From an archaeon (lineage in GTDB: Archaea; Thermoproteota; Thermoprotei; Thermofilales; JAPDKD01): a DNA stretch of 42,125 nucleotides. Every line of letters starts with the position of its first letter. Within the stretch, counting starts at the first letter, position 1. The notes under the pieces are model-generated. The model ran no database searches. It worked only from the letters and a program-made list of their open reading frames with translations, and was not told where the DNA came from. The stretch spans positions 1-42,125 of the forward strand of contig JAPDKD010000029.1 in assembly GCA_029258735.1 (NCBI GenBank), read 5' to 3'. The position numbers were made by a program, and so were the translations under genes. Of this stretch, positions 18,953 through 28,478 are shown in pieces.

Positions 18953-19516
18953 ATGAAGATAAAATTGGAAAGATTTATAAGCAGAAGGAAAGTCTATTTA
19001 GCGGTAGAAAGTATGCCTTGTTATATTGAGGAAATCGTAGCTAATTGGGATAAGGCTGTACTACAGCCGCAAGACGATAGGCTGCTAGTATACATCGGCG
19101 ACAAGGTCCACGAATGCGACGCATCAGAACTGGCTCGCGCGCTTTCACGCGAAGCCGTACTAGAGAAGCTTCTTGAGTCCAAGACATTTCTGAGCAAGCG
19201 TGAGGTGGCTAAACTTTTCCACGTTACACCGCAACTTATTCCCAAGTATGCTCCGTGGTCTAAGCAGTACGTGTTAAGGCCTGTTTTTAAGAAGAGGACA
19301 AGAAGAGTTATTTTGACAAAGAATCCGGAGGAGACCAAGAGGATTATAGAAGTAGCGCACAAGTACGGTGTGAATAGCATTTACCTCAGAGACATGTATG
19401 AGGAAGCAAAGAAAAAGAGCATAGAGGAAATCAGGGAAGAATGGGAAAACAGGTTGGCAATCACGATGGTTGACAGGTATTTTGAGGCTTTAGAGGAGCT
19501 GCTGAGAACACAGTAA
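18953..19516 (+). CDS. Hypothetical protein with a putative helix-turn-helix segment
   Basis: 187-aa ORF with normal composition; FLSKREVAKLFHVTPQLIPKY resembles an excisionase/MerR-like HTH; start may be the Met at 19013. Confidence 0.6.
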   Translation: MKIKLERFISRRKVYLAVESMPCYIEEIVANWDKAVLQPQDDRLLVYIGDKVHECDASELARALSREAVLEKLLESKTFLSKREVAKLFHVTPQLIPKYAPWSKQYVLRPVFKKRTRRVILTKNPEETKRIIEVAHKYGVNSIYLRDMYEEAKKKSIEEIREEWENRLAITMVDRYFEALEELLRTQ

Positions 19517-19595
19517 GGGAAATATAGCTCAAAGATTTTTTATTTTCGTTCGTTAACCTTAAGCTATACCAATGCAAATAGTTGTAGTGGATTGT

Positions 19596-20543
19596 ATGTT
19601 GGATTCGCTGTATAGAATTGCAGGAATTTTATGTGGAATCGCGTTTAACAGGGAACTAGGGCTATCAGATATAGGGGATTTTGATGGAATGGCGTGCGCC
19701 GCGTTATTTAAAATGAAGTACCCACGCGGGATTGTGGTTTTCGCATCTCCTAGAGATGTTAAAAATAGTGTGCTTATAAGATGGACTGCGTGGGAATTTG
19801 TCGGTGACCTACCTTGTCCCGGTAAAGTGAAAATTAGGGCTGATCATCATGAAACGAATACTCCTTGCGCTGAAAGGGAATTCTATGATCCAAGCGCGCC
19901 TGCCGCCGCTGTGATGGCTATTAAGGCTCTAGGTTTAACGGGGAACTTGAAAGCCGGAAAAATCGTTAGCTGCGCCGTAGAAACTGACACAGCTAATATT
20001 ATAAGCGAGGAGGCGAGGATCCTTAATGCGGCAACTAAAGGAGCAAGATATCCAGAAAAGGTTAAGCTTGCAGAGTTGCTGGCGGAAAAAGGTACTGAAG
20101 CCGTTAAAGACGAGTTTGTGATGAAACTTGCGTCGAGGTACTTCGACGTTGAGCGTAGGACAGAGCAGCTTGCAGAAAGAATCCCCATCTCCGAGCAAGT
20201 TATCGTGGTTTTTGAGAAGAATGTTGGAATCTCATATCGCTATCTAAGTATCTTGCTAAATAGGCGGGGCGCCAACTTCACTCTTATACTGGTTCCGAGG
20301 GGTCTTTTCGGGGTCAGAGCCTATTTTGGAGCCAGACCGAACTCGCCTTATAACTCTGCTTTTCTTGCTAGAGCTCTAGGTGGTGGAGGCCACCAGTACG
20401 CGGCAGGGGCATATGTTAGGGCATTCCCTCGGAGACAGGCTTTGCTTAAAATTTTAGGTCTAGTTAAGTCCGAGCTTCGGCTTAAAAAGCTGAACTATTT
20501 ATTTGTTAATAAAGATGGGGAACTTGAAGACAGAAGTTTATAA
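19596..20543 (+). CDS. DHH family phosphoesterase with DHHA1 domain
   Basis: GDFDG (DxD), ADHHET (DHH), ETD, GGGGHQYAAGA; start 19572 or 19596. Confidence 0.85.
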   Translation: MLDSLYRIAGILCGIAFNRELGLSDIGDFDGMACAALFKMKYPRGIVVFASPRDVKNSVLIRWTAWEFVGDLPCPGKVKIRADHHETNTPCAEREFYDPSAPAAAVMAIKALGLTGNLKAGKIVSCAVETDTANIISEEARILNAATKGARYPEKVKLAELLAEKGTEAVKDEFVMKLASRYFDVERRTEQLAERIPISEQVIVVFEKNVGISYRYLSILLNRRGANFTLILVPRGLFGVRAYFGARPNSPYNSAFLARALGGGGHQYAAGAYVRAFPRRQALLKILGLVKSELRLKKLNYLFVNKDGELEDRSL

Positions 20544-20563
20544 CCTGCACTAAGTTCCTATAT

Positions 20564-21469
20564 GTGGATATGAGCGGGGCGCTTGTAGCAAATATTTTTG
20601 TTTTAGGTTTGTCTCGGAAATGCGGGAAAACTATAGTTGCTTCAGCGCTTGTTAAAGGGCTGTTGGATAACAACGTAAAGGTGGGGTTTATTAAGCCGCT
20701 TAGCTTGGTGGACACTTACCTGGATTTAGCCGCCATTAGTAGAAGTGCAGATTTAGGTTTTCCCGTAAGCACGGAGGCCGTCCAGTTAAGCGAGGTTGAC
20801 CCTAGCTTGGACTACGACGTTGTTAATCCGCTAGTACTGGTTTCCGCCCCGCCCAGGCTAGAAACGTTTTTGGAGGCGAGAACTCCATCAACCTATTTTG
20901 CCTACCTCGATGACCCGTTTAAGAGGATATTTTTTGTTAAAGCGAGCTTTCCTCAGTCTATTAAGATGCGCTTAGGTTACCTGTACGAATGGTTGCTTTC
21001 TAGAAGACTTGTACACGTGGACGACGAAATTTTACGTAAGATTTCTCGAAATGTAGATAAAGTCATTAAGATAGGCACCCACATCGATGTGGAAAGTTTT
21101 CTTAGGGAGATCATTTTGAAAGCGGTTTGGGAGGCTTATGAAAGATTATCGGAGAGGCGGAGGGTGTTAATAGTTGAGGGAGTTTTCGACAGGGCGTGGC
21201 CTCTGCCTTTCTATTTGCGTCCCGATATTGTTTTTATCGTTGCTCGGGGTTCTGTACTAATGTTTAGCGGTGATAGGTACGCTGCGGCTGTGAAGGTTAA
21301 AGGCGACTACAGTGACATGAGTGTTTTAAGGACAAGAGACGTAATAGCATTGCTGAATCCGAGTACGATTTTTCACGTGCCTCCACTAAGTACGTTTGAG
21401 CTTATAGAGAGTAGAGTGGAAAAATTAAGTGAAGTTATTGGAGCCGTCCTCGATTTTATAGAGTCGTAA
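20564..21469 (+). CDS. Predicted P-loop NTPase (BioD/AAA_26-like fold)
   Basis: VLGLSRKCGKT Walker A variant, GFIKPLS, VVNP, LIVEG Walker B. Confidence 0.7.
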   Translation: MDMSGALVANIFVLGLSRKCGKTIVASALVKGLLDNNVKVGFIKPLSLVDTYLDLAAISRSADLGFPVSTEAVQLSEVDPSLDYDVVNPLVLVSAPPRLETFLEARTPSTYFAYLDDPFKRIFFVKASFPQSIKMRLGYLYEWLLSRRLVHVDDEILRKISRNVDKVIKIGTHIDVESFLREIILKAVWEAYERLSERRRVLIVEGVFDRAWPLPFYLRPDIVFIVARGSVLMFSGDRYAAAVKVKGDYSDMSVLRTRDVIALLNPSTIFHVPPLSTFELIESRVEKLSEVIGAVLDFIES

Positions 21470-22105
21470 AATATTTTTCGTTGTTTTCCAGCTTTTCCTA
21501 GCAAAGGGAGGGGGCTCTCCTTTTAATCTTACCCAGTTCTCAAGGAAGGCTCTTGTTTTAGGGTCGCTTGGGTATCCTGAGCCGATATCGCCGTAGATTT
21601 TCTTAAGCTGGCTAATGTACGCGTCGCGCCTGACTTTCGCTATTATAGAGGCGGCTGCTACTGCCGTATATTTTCTGTCTGCGTGATTTTCCGCTGTTAT
21701 TTTGACTCTTTTTCGCAGATATTTTACAAGGCGGGTTAAGAATTTCTCCGGGTTAGGATCGGGCGAGTCTACATATACGTGCTCTACGTTATTAGGAAGT
21801 TCGTTGATTATTTCGGCTATTATCTTGGCTTCTAGCTCGTTTAAATTATTTATCGACATTCTATTCACGGCGGCGTCTATTTGGTCGGGCTCAACTTTGC
21901 GTTCTATTATTTTTTCCGCGCTATTCTCAATAATCCCGGCCAGCCTCTTTCTTCGCAGGGGAGTAAGTTTCTTGGAGTCTTTAACGCCGAGACTTTTAAG
22001 GAAGGGTATTCGAGATTCCTGTAAAATAACCGCGCAAATAATCATGGGTCCTAAGACCGGGCCCCTGCCAGCTTCATCTATTCCTGCTACAACTCTCTGA
22101 CACAT
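21425..22105 (-). CDS. rnhB: Ribonuclease HII
   Basis: GIDEAGRGPVLGPM, VKDSKKL, YVDS, AAASIIAKVRRD, GSGYPSDP. Confidence 0.97.
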   Translation of the reverse strand: MCQRVVAGIDEAGRGPVLGPMIICAVILQESRIPFLKSLGVKDSKKLTPLRRKRLAGIIENSAEKIIERKVEPDQIDAAVNRMSINNLNELEAKIIAEIINELPNNVEHVYVDSPDPNPEKFLTRLVKYLRKRVKITAENHADRKYTAVAAASIIAKVRRDAYISQLKKIYGDIGSGYPSDPKTRAFLENWVRLKGEPPPFARKSWKTTKNILRLYKIEDGSNNFT

Positions 22106-22183
22106 AATGCTACCTTCTGAAACATTTATTCGTTTATATAATTTTTAAAATGAGGGTTCTTTAAAAATGAGTGAGGGGATGCG

Positions 22184-22354
22184 ATGAGCGAAGAGGCATT
22201 AAAAGAGGCGCTGGATTATATCGACTCCGCGATAGACGTGCTACGCCGCTACATATCTGATAGAAAAGCGGAAGACGAGATACTTGAAGACGTACTTTAC
22301 CACTTGGAGGAGGCTGGGGAGCTTTTAGACACCTATATTTCGAGGCGGTCGTAG
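22184..22354 (+). CDS. Small 56-aa acidic helical protein (not in ORF track)
   Basis: ATG 22184 after GTGAGGGG RBS; MSEEALKEALDYIDSAIDVLRRYISDRKAEDEILEDVLYHLEEAGELLDTYISRRS, TAG 22352-22354; ends 12 bp before the next gene. Confidence 0.7.
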   Translation: MSEEALKEALDYIDSAIDVLRRYISDRKAEDEILEDVLYHLEEAGELLDTYISRRS

Positions 22355-22366
22355 TGGGGTGCTTCA

Positions 22367-22987
22367 ATGAAAAAGATTATAGGAATAAACTCTTCGCCTC
22401 GCTTGAAAGGGCAGGCTTCTAAGCTGCTAGATATATCTTTGAAGGCGGCCTCGCTTCAAGGCGTAAAGACTGAAAAGATAGACTTGTACCTTTATCGGAT
22501 TGAGCCATGTATAGGATGTGTTAGTCGTGACCAGCGATTATGCCGCTTTCCCTGCGTAATTAAGGACGAAGCAAACAAGATTATGGATAAAATTCTCGAA
22601 AGCGATGGCATGATAATTTCGACGCCTGTGTACTGGTACTCTCCACCAGGCCACCTCAAGAACCTTATTGATCGGATGACGGCACTTGAGAACATGATAG
22701 AGATTGAGGGTAGAAGCCTTCTTGAGGGGAAAGTTGTGGGCGTTATAGCGGTGGGAAATGATAGTGGTGCATACAGCGCGGCATCGCAAATTGCCTCAAT
22801 ACTAGTTACGATGGGCGCAGCGGTTCCGCCTTGGGGCATAGCGTTTTATGCTAGGCCAGAGCCAGCAGATTCAAACAAAAGTATATTAGAGGATGCCGCA
22901 AACGTTGGGCGGGTAGTTGCGAAAATGGTTAATATGCTTCAAAAAATAGAATGGTATGACCCCGACATATTAAATAGTATTTTTTAA
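22367..22987 (+). CDS. Flavodoxin family protein / iron-sulfur flavoprotein (Isf-like)
   Basis: GINSSPR FMN loop, CIGC..C...C..KD Cys cluster, STPVYWY, LKNLIDR, GKVVGVI. Confidence 0.85.
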   Translation: MKKIIGINSSPRLKGQASKLLDISLKAASLQGVKTEKIDLYLYRIEPCIGCVSRDQRLCRFPCVIKDEANKIMDKILESDGMIISTPVYWYSPPGHLKNLIDRMTALENMIEIEGRSLLEGKVVGVIAVGNDSGAYSAASQIASILVTMGAAVPPWGIAFYARPEPADSNKSILEDAANVGRVVAKMVNMLQKIEWYDPDILNSIF

Positions 22988-22990
22988 ACA

Positions 22991-23073
22991 TAATTTCCGA
23001 ATTACTAATTTATTCCGTAAATTACGTTTAAAAAATATATAAAAATTTATACATTTTAATTTTTATACATTTT
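22991..23073. repeat. Two tandem palindromes (TAATT-TCCG-AATTA; TAATTTA-TTCCG-TAAATTA) and a 12-bp direct repeat (TTTATACATTTT x2)
   Basis: Palindromes at 22991-23004 and 23006-23024; direct repeats at 23046-23057 and 23062-23073, upstream of the OsmC gene. Confidence 0.5.
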
Positions 23074-23102
23074 TATCCCATATAAATTCTTGTGAAAAAG
23101 CC

Positions 23103-23510
23103 ATGAAGTCCAGGGCTGTTCTGGTCGACGGCTTCTGGATCGTCGTTGATAACGGACGCAAGCACAGCGTGGCTATAGACCTGCCAGAGTCGCTTGGAGG
23201 CACTGATAAGGGCCCTACCGCCTTAGAGCTTGCTGTTATGGGATTGGCTGGATGCGTTGCAACAATATTTAAGCTAGTTTGCAATAAGATGCGCATACCT
23301 GTTGAAAGCTTGGAAGTCGTTGTAGAGGCTGAGAAGCCTGAAGGCGCGTCTACAGTTGAAAAAGCGAAAATAGTGGCGAAAGTGAAGACTTCCGCGAATG
23401 AGGCCGCCGTAAAGCGCGCCTGGAATACTACCATGGAGACCTGCCCTGTTGGCGTACTTTTTAAACGTGCAAACGTGGAATTAAAGGAGGAACTGGAAAT
23501 AGTCAAGTAA
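23103..23510 (+). CDS. OsmC family protein
   Basis: DLPESLGGTDKGPTALEL, LAGC and CPV conserved cysteines. Confidence 0.92.
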   Translation: MKSRAVLVDGFWIVVDNGRKHSVAIDLPESLGGTDKGPTALELAVMGLAGCVATIFKLVCNKMRIPVESLEVVVEAEKPEGASTVEKAKIVAKVKTSANEAAVKRAWNTTMETCPVGVLFKRANVELKEELEIVK

Positions 23511-23553
23511 AAGTAGGTGTTTTTCTTCTTTATTTTCGATTAAGGCGATATAG

Positions 23554-24903
23554 ATGAAAATAGTTGTTGTGGGTTACGGCGCCGCGGGAATGACTGCTGC
23601 CAGCTACGCTGCGCTCACTAATAGAAAGGCTGAAATCGTAGCCTTTGAAAAAAGAAGCTATGCTGTCTATCATCCATGCTCGCTTCCCGACCTAATCAGC
23701 GGGATTGTGAAGTCGCCTGAGCACCTTAAAGAGCCGCCTCCCCGACTTCCAAGGTTGAAGGTTTATACATCCACTGTTGTTAAGGAGATTAAAAGAGGAG
23801 AGAAGAAAGTAGTTGTGCAGGACTTAAAGAGTGGAAAAGAGTGGGAGGAAGACTATGACAGGCTTATTCTTGCAACAGGCTCGTTCCCCTATGTTCCCCG
23901 CGTTATAAAAATCTTAAATAGCGATGGCGTCCACGTGCTGAAGAAGGTGGAAGATGCTGAAGCTATTTTGGAACTCGCGAACAAGTATAGGCGGGCTGTT
24001 GTCGTTGGAGGCTCCTTCATAGGCATTGAGACTGCCCATGCGTTGAGGAAAAAGGGGCTGGAAGTAACTTTAATTGAGTATTTTCCCCAGGTGATGCCCG
24101 GCAAGCTATACGAGCAGCTTGCAAGGGTCGTTGAAAAGGCCCTAGAGGAGGAAGGCATTGTTCTAAAGCTTGGCGTGGGTGTGAAGGAAATTTCGGGTGA
24201 AGTGGGCAATAAGAAAATTATTGCAGGAGATGAAGAGGTAAGCGGAGACTTTGTTGTAATGGCTACTGGCACGAGACCTGATGTAGAGTTAGCTAAGAAG
24301 GCTGGCCTCGAGATAGGCGAAAGCGGAGGAATAAAAGTAAATGTAAAAATGCAGACTTCAGACCCCTCGATATACGCCGCGGGGGACAACGCGGAAGTGA
24401 TCAATATTGTTACGGGGCAACCCATGCTTAGCCTCTTGGGAAGCACAGCCGTGAAGATGGGAAGGGTTGCAGGCATTAATGCTGCTGGCGGCGAAGCTAA
24501 GTTCCGGGGAGTTGTTAACGTCTGGATAGTTAACATTGAAAGCTTAAGGTTTGGTGGTGCTGGGATAACTTTTGATCAGGCTAAGAAACTGGGGTTAAAT
24601 GCTGTCGCTGTTACAGTGCAGGTTCCAGAGAAGCTGGAAATATATCCTGACGCGCACGAGATGACTGTGAGGCTGATTGCTGATAAAGACTCTGGAAGAA
24701 TACTTGGCGGCCAAATTCTTGGTAAAGAGGGTGTACTATGCCGCCTAGACGTGCTAGCTACGGTGCTTTCTCGCGGAATGACGGCAGAAGAGCTGGCTGA
24801 GCTTGAGCTAGCATATACTCCTAGCGTGTGTGAGATTATCGATCCGCTTCACGTAGCGGCCGATGCCCTCCTGAAACGTCTTCGCAGATATAAAACTATC
24901 TAA
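23554..24903 (+). CDS. FAD-dependent pyridine nucleotide-disulfide oxidoreductase (CoA-disulfide reductase / NADH oxidase family)
   Basis: VVGYGAAG, YHPCSLP single redox Cys, ILATGS, VVGGSFIGIE, IYAAGD, GRILGGQ, LELAYTP. Confidence 0.9.
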   Translation: MKIVVVGYGAAGMTAASYAALTNRKAEIVAFEKRSYAVYHPCSLPDLISGIVKSPEHLKEPPPRLPRLKVYTSTVVKEIKRGEKKVVVQDLKSGKEWEEDYDRLILATGSFPYVPRVIKILNSDGVHVLKKVEDAEAILELANKYRRAVVVGGSFIGIETAHALRKKGLEVTLIEYFPQVMPGKLYEQLARVVEKALEEEGIVLKLGVGVKEISGEVGNKKIIAGDEEVSGDFVVMATGTRPDVELAKKAGLEIGESGGIKVNVKMQTSDPSIYAAGDNAEVINIVTGQPMLSLLGSTAVKMGRVAGINAAGGEAKFRGVVNVWIVNIESLRFGGAGITFDQAKKLGLNAVAVTVQVPEKLEIYPDAHEMTVRLIADKDSGRILGGQILGKEGVLCRLDVLATVLSRGMTAEELAELELAYTPSVCEIIDPLHVAADALLKRLRRYKTI

Positions 24904-27900
24904 TTTTTTCTTTTACCGTTTTGTCTATAAAGCGCTTGCCAAGTTAGCATAGTTTTCCTTATTTCATCCACAACGGAGTAAATGAGGTTCATGTAATGTT
25001 CTCCGGTTACCGACTTAGGCGTTATAACTAATTCTACGGAATAATACTTTTGGCTTTCCCTGCGATACCGCAACAGAATCACTGCGGACGCTCTTCCCTC
25101 AGATACGAGGTCAGCGTCTATTTCCAGAATCTTTTCGGAACCTAGGTCTTTTATATGTATAAGTGTGCGAAGAAGAACCGAATGCTGCGGATACGTGGAC
25201 TCGATTCTTCTCTTTACGAATTCCAAGTGTTGCCCGATAAGGTTAGCGTCTATTCTGAATGGAAGGAACTCTTTAACTTCTCCGCCTGTCATTCGCTTGA
25301 AGCTCCATCGCCTGATCAGGCCCGGAACAGCTTGTAAAGACGCTTTTTCAGCAGGTTTCAGCCCAGCTACCACGCCAGTTATGACTGAAAGCAGGAGAGC
25401 GGTTAAAAGCCATTCCGGAGTAAATGATGGCGTAACTCCAAGTATTTTGCTTGCTTTATCTGCCGCTACAAGTGCCGCGAGCATTGAGTAGCCAGCTACG
25501 GATGCACCCAATAATACTGCTTCAAAGATGAAAATGAGGCTTACGTGAGAGGGATTCATGCCTAACGCCGTGTATATTGATAATTCTTTTCTTCTCTCAT
25601 ATACTGACGCTATCATGGCGTTCGCTACCGTGAAGCCGCTTAGGAGCATGACCATTATCGCCTCCAACCTAGACGCTTTTACTCCAATCGTTCTGTAGAA
25701 GGTGTATGCTATCCCATCTTTGCCGTAGGTTACTGGCACTCCTAGCTGCTCGACTAGCTTCTTGGCAGCTTCTTCTGCTACTTTTTCGTCAGGTATATAG
25801 AACGCATAGCCTATAAATCGCGCTCCGAGTTTAGACGCCTCTTTGGGCGGAACCACAGCTATTTCTGAGGAACGTATATACTGTTTTCCGCTTCCGCGTT
25901 CACCGTGAATTATTATCCAGGGACGTAGGGGCGCTCCGTTTATATCGCTGATTCCCGCTAGGCGGTATTCAGAGAAGATACCGGCGACTCTGAGTCTAGT
26001 TATTTCGTATAGGCCGTTGCTGCTGTATATTTCGACGATGTCGCCTACTTTTAATCCTGTCTTTTTCGCCGCATAGGAGCTTATCACTATCCACTTTTCG
26101 TCGGAAAAGTTTCCTCTAGCAATTAGCGTTGAGCCTATGCCTGATACTTTATCTTCCGCTTCGAAGTCCACGCCTATAACTCCGTTAATAATAGTTGTTC
26201 CTTTAGGCCCTTTTAGTCGAAGACCGAGTTTATAACTTGGCGACAAGTATCTTGGAGCTGGCACTGCATTGGGTGCCAGCTCCTTTACTAAAGACACTTC
26301 ATCGAGGTACAGCTTTACGCCGATTTTAATGGCCGGACCTTTCACAGATGTATGTATCGGGAAGGGGGTTTTCGTTATTGAAACCCCATAACCTACAGAT
26401 GAAAAAGCCACAAACGCAAAGACTGCTGCGGCCATAGTTATAAACGTTAAGATGCTTCTAAGAGGCCTTCTTCTTAGGTTTCTAGCTGCGAGACTTATGG
26501 CGGCGCTAAGAGTTGCTATAACGCCTGTAGACTCTCTTGATTGTCCTTCGAAGCTTTGTGGTATTTCACTGTAGATGAAATACGCTATTATGAATAGAAA
26601 TGAACCTATCATAAGCAATTTTCTAACGAAGAGCGGGTCATCCAGCGAGATTATACCGCTTCCCTCCGGGAAAAATTGGAATAGCAAAGCCCAAGACGCT
26701 AAGGTTAAAACTATAAACGTATAGATCCTTTTTTCTCCGTCAAATAATATCTGTGCGAACGCCAGTGAAGATAAGGCTAGCGCGGCTAAAATTATTGCAA
26801 ATATAGCGGAACCCGCCATACTCGACGACTTAGAATATTCGATGGATTTCTTCGCTATCGAAAAGGCCGATTCAGCAGCTAGTTTAGCGGAAATGTACCT
26901 TGAAGCGTTTAAATCCTTTTGGGCGCGTAGTAGAAGCTCTTTCGCTTCTTCTAGAAGGTTTTTAGCGGCTTGAGAGTAAGCAGTATATTTTGACGCTTGC
27001 TCATACGCTTTTTCGGCCTCTTCCACCGCAATGTATGCCTCGTTTATCGATTCTTCAGCAGCTTTTCTCCAGGCCTTATTTTGAAGGTCTTCTATGTATA
27101 GGAGCCTGCCAGGCTCATTCAGTTTTACGCTTGTTTCTACGTGATACCCTGAAAAGTATAGAAATACTCTAATGTATTCTTGCGATGTTCGTACTATTAG
27201 TATTCTTCTTCCGCTGGTCGTGGTATAAAGATAGTAGGGCACGTATTCCCAGGAAGCTTTAGATGAAACGTAGACGTATGTGCTGCTTGGGATTGTCGCA
27301 ATCATGTATCTTTTAGGCTTTAGAGCTGTTAAGCTATTTCCCTCGTATGTCAATAGGCTTGATTTTCCGTAGCATATTATTCTGGCATATTCTATAGATG
27401 CTTTTTGTAAATCTGCGGGTAGGTAGGCAATCCCGTCTTTCGATGTTCTCCACGCCCATATTCTTCTCGTCTTGTCGACTTTATATATTAGAAATATGTG
27501 CGCGTTCGGCAGCGGAGAGCCTAGCGAGTCTTTTATTGTCCTAGGTTCTAATCTTTTAGGAGCATAAAACGTGAAAACGTTAATGTCACCACTGTATACG
27601 CTTATGGGGATAGATTCTCCATTCAAAGTAATGTTAGCATGTATTATTGGCGTATACTTGTAGATAAGGTCATAAACGATTATAGTTGCGTTAGAGTTTT
27701 CCTGTTTTTCCACGCGGTATATTCGAATATTTTTCTTCTGGGATATGCCCACACGGGAGGAGTTAGATACTACGATAATTACTTTGGAGAATGATAATAG
27801 ATTTAGATGTATGATCGCATCGCTCCATATGCTTATTGGGTAAAAGTCTATGTTTAGTTCTTCAAGAACGTTTTTTAGCCTTATATAGTATACGCCTGGG

Positions 27901-28478
27901 TAAATGTTTATTTCGAATTTTTCTCTATCGACAACTCTTTCAATATATGTTGGTCCCTTCAATGTGAAAAGAGATAGGGGCGGGTTTAGAGGCCCAGAAT
28001 ATTTTACAGCTAATTTTATAGTCCCTTTATGGAGTTTTTTAGTTGTTTTGCTAAGCGCACTTACAGCAGCATTGATCGGATCTTTACTCGTTTTTATAAT
28101 TAATCCATTGCCTTTTTCTATTGTTTCTTCACGCGAGTAATTACCGCTTAATATTACCACTCCTCCACTTTCCGCGTACTCTAGCAAAGTTTTAGATAGC
28201 TTTCTCGCCACTACGGCGTCGGCGAGTAGAGTGGAGCAGTTTTCCAAGTCTAGAAATGGGGGTGGCGATGAAACATGCACCATTGTCCCGTTCACTTCGT
28301 ATGTTTCAGGCGTTAGATTTCTGTCTAGAAACCATATTACCACGTTTCTTGGGTTTGATTTAACAATTGCGATGAAATTTATTGTTGAGAAGAAGATTAG
28401 TAGTACTATAAAGAGTGATAATGGGTGATTCGACCTTATGAACCGCCGAAAAGTGTGGTTCGGAGGCATACTGCTCAT
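24900..28478 (-). CDS. Large FtsX/MacB-like ABC permease with extended extracellular N-terminal region
   Basis: N-terminal signal/TM; extra TM block; RNLRRRPLRSILT (MacB-type TM1 entry), periplasmic core, SVYERRKELSIYTALGMNP FtsX motif, C-terminal soluble domain. Confidence 0.82.
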   Translation of the reverse strand: MSSMPPNHTFRRFIRSNHPLSLFIVLLIFFSTINFIAIVKSNPRNVVIWFLDRNLTPETYEVNGTMVHVSSPPPFLDLENCSTLLADAVVARKLSKTLLEYAESGGVVILSGNYSREETIEKGNGLIIKTSKDPINAAVSALSKTTKKLHKGTIKLAVKYSGPLNPPLSLFTLKGPTYIERVVDREKFEINIYPGVYYIRLKNVLEELNIDFYPISIWSDAIIHLNLLSFSKVIIVVSNSSRVGISQKKNIRIYRVEKQENSNATIIVYDLIYKYTPIIHANITLNGESIPISVYSGDINVFTFYAPKRLEPRTIKDSLGSPLPNAHIFLIYKVDKTRRIWAWRTSKDGIAYLPADLQKASIEYARIICYGKSSLLTYEGNSLTALKPKRYMIATIPSSTYVYVSSKASWEYVPYYLYTTTSGRRILIVRTSQEYIRVFLYFSGYHVETSVKLNEPGRLLYIEDLQNKAWRKAAEESINEAYIAVEEAEKAYEQASKYTAYSQAAKNLLEEAKELLLRAQKDLNASRYISAKLAAESAFSIAKKSIEYSKSSSMAGSAIFAIILAALALSSLAFAQILFDGEKRIYTFIVLTLASWALLFQFFPEGSGIISLDDPLFVRKLLMIGSFLFIIAYFIYSEIPQSFEGQSRESTGVIATLSAAISLAARNLRRRPLRSILTFITMAAAVFAFVAFSSVGYGVSITKTPFPIHTSVKGPAIKIGVKLYLDEVSLVKELAPNAVPAPRYLSPSYKLGLRLKGPKGTTIINGVIGVDFEAEDKVSGIGSTLIARGNFSDEKWIVISSYAAKKTGLKVGDIVEIYSSNGLYEITRLRVAGIFSEYRLAGISDINGAPLRPWIIIHGERGSGKQYIRSSEIAVVPPKEASKLGARFIGYAFYIPDEKVAEEAAKKLVEQLGVPVTYGKDGIAYTFYRTIGVKASRLEAIMVMLLSGFTVANAMIASVYERRKELSIYTALGMNPSHVSLIFIFEAVLLGASVAGYSMLAALVAADKASKILGVTPSFTPEWLLTALLLSVITGVVAGLKPAEKASLQAVPGLIRRWSFKRMTGGEVKEFLPFRIDANLIGQHLEFVKRRIESTYPQHSVLLRTLIHIKDLGSEKILEIDADLVSEGRASAVILLRYRRESQKYYSVELVITPKSVTGEHYMNLIYSVVDEIRKTMLTWQALYRQNGKRKN

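Noticed and set aside
18757-19029. 90-aa ORF in the AT-rich spacer
   Set aside because: TTG start, composition (I/L/F/K) typical of random AT-rich sequence, and overlaps the better 18953 ORF
22161-22367. 68-aa minus-strand ORF
   Set aside because: Shadow of the better supported 56-aa plus-strand ORF with RBS
23063-23506. 147-aa antisense ORF over the OsmC gene
   Set aside because: Mirror ORF of a clearly recognisable gene
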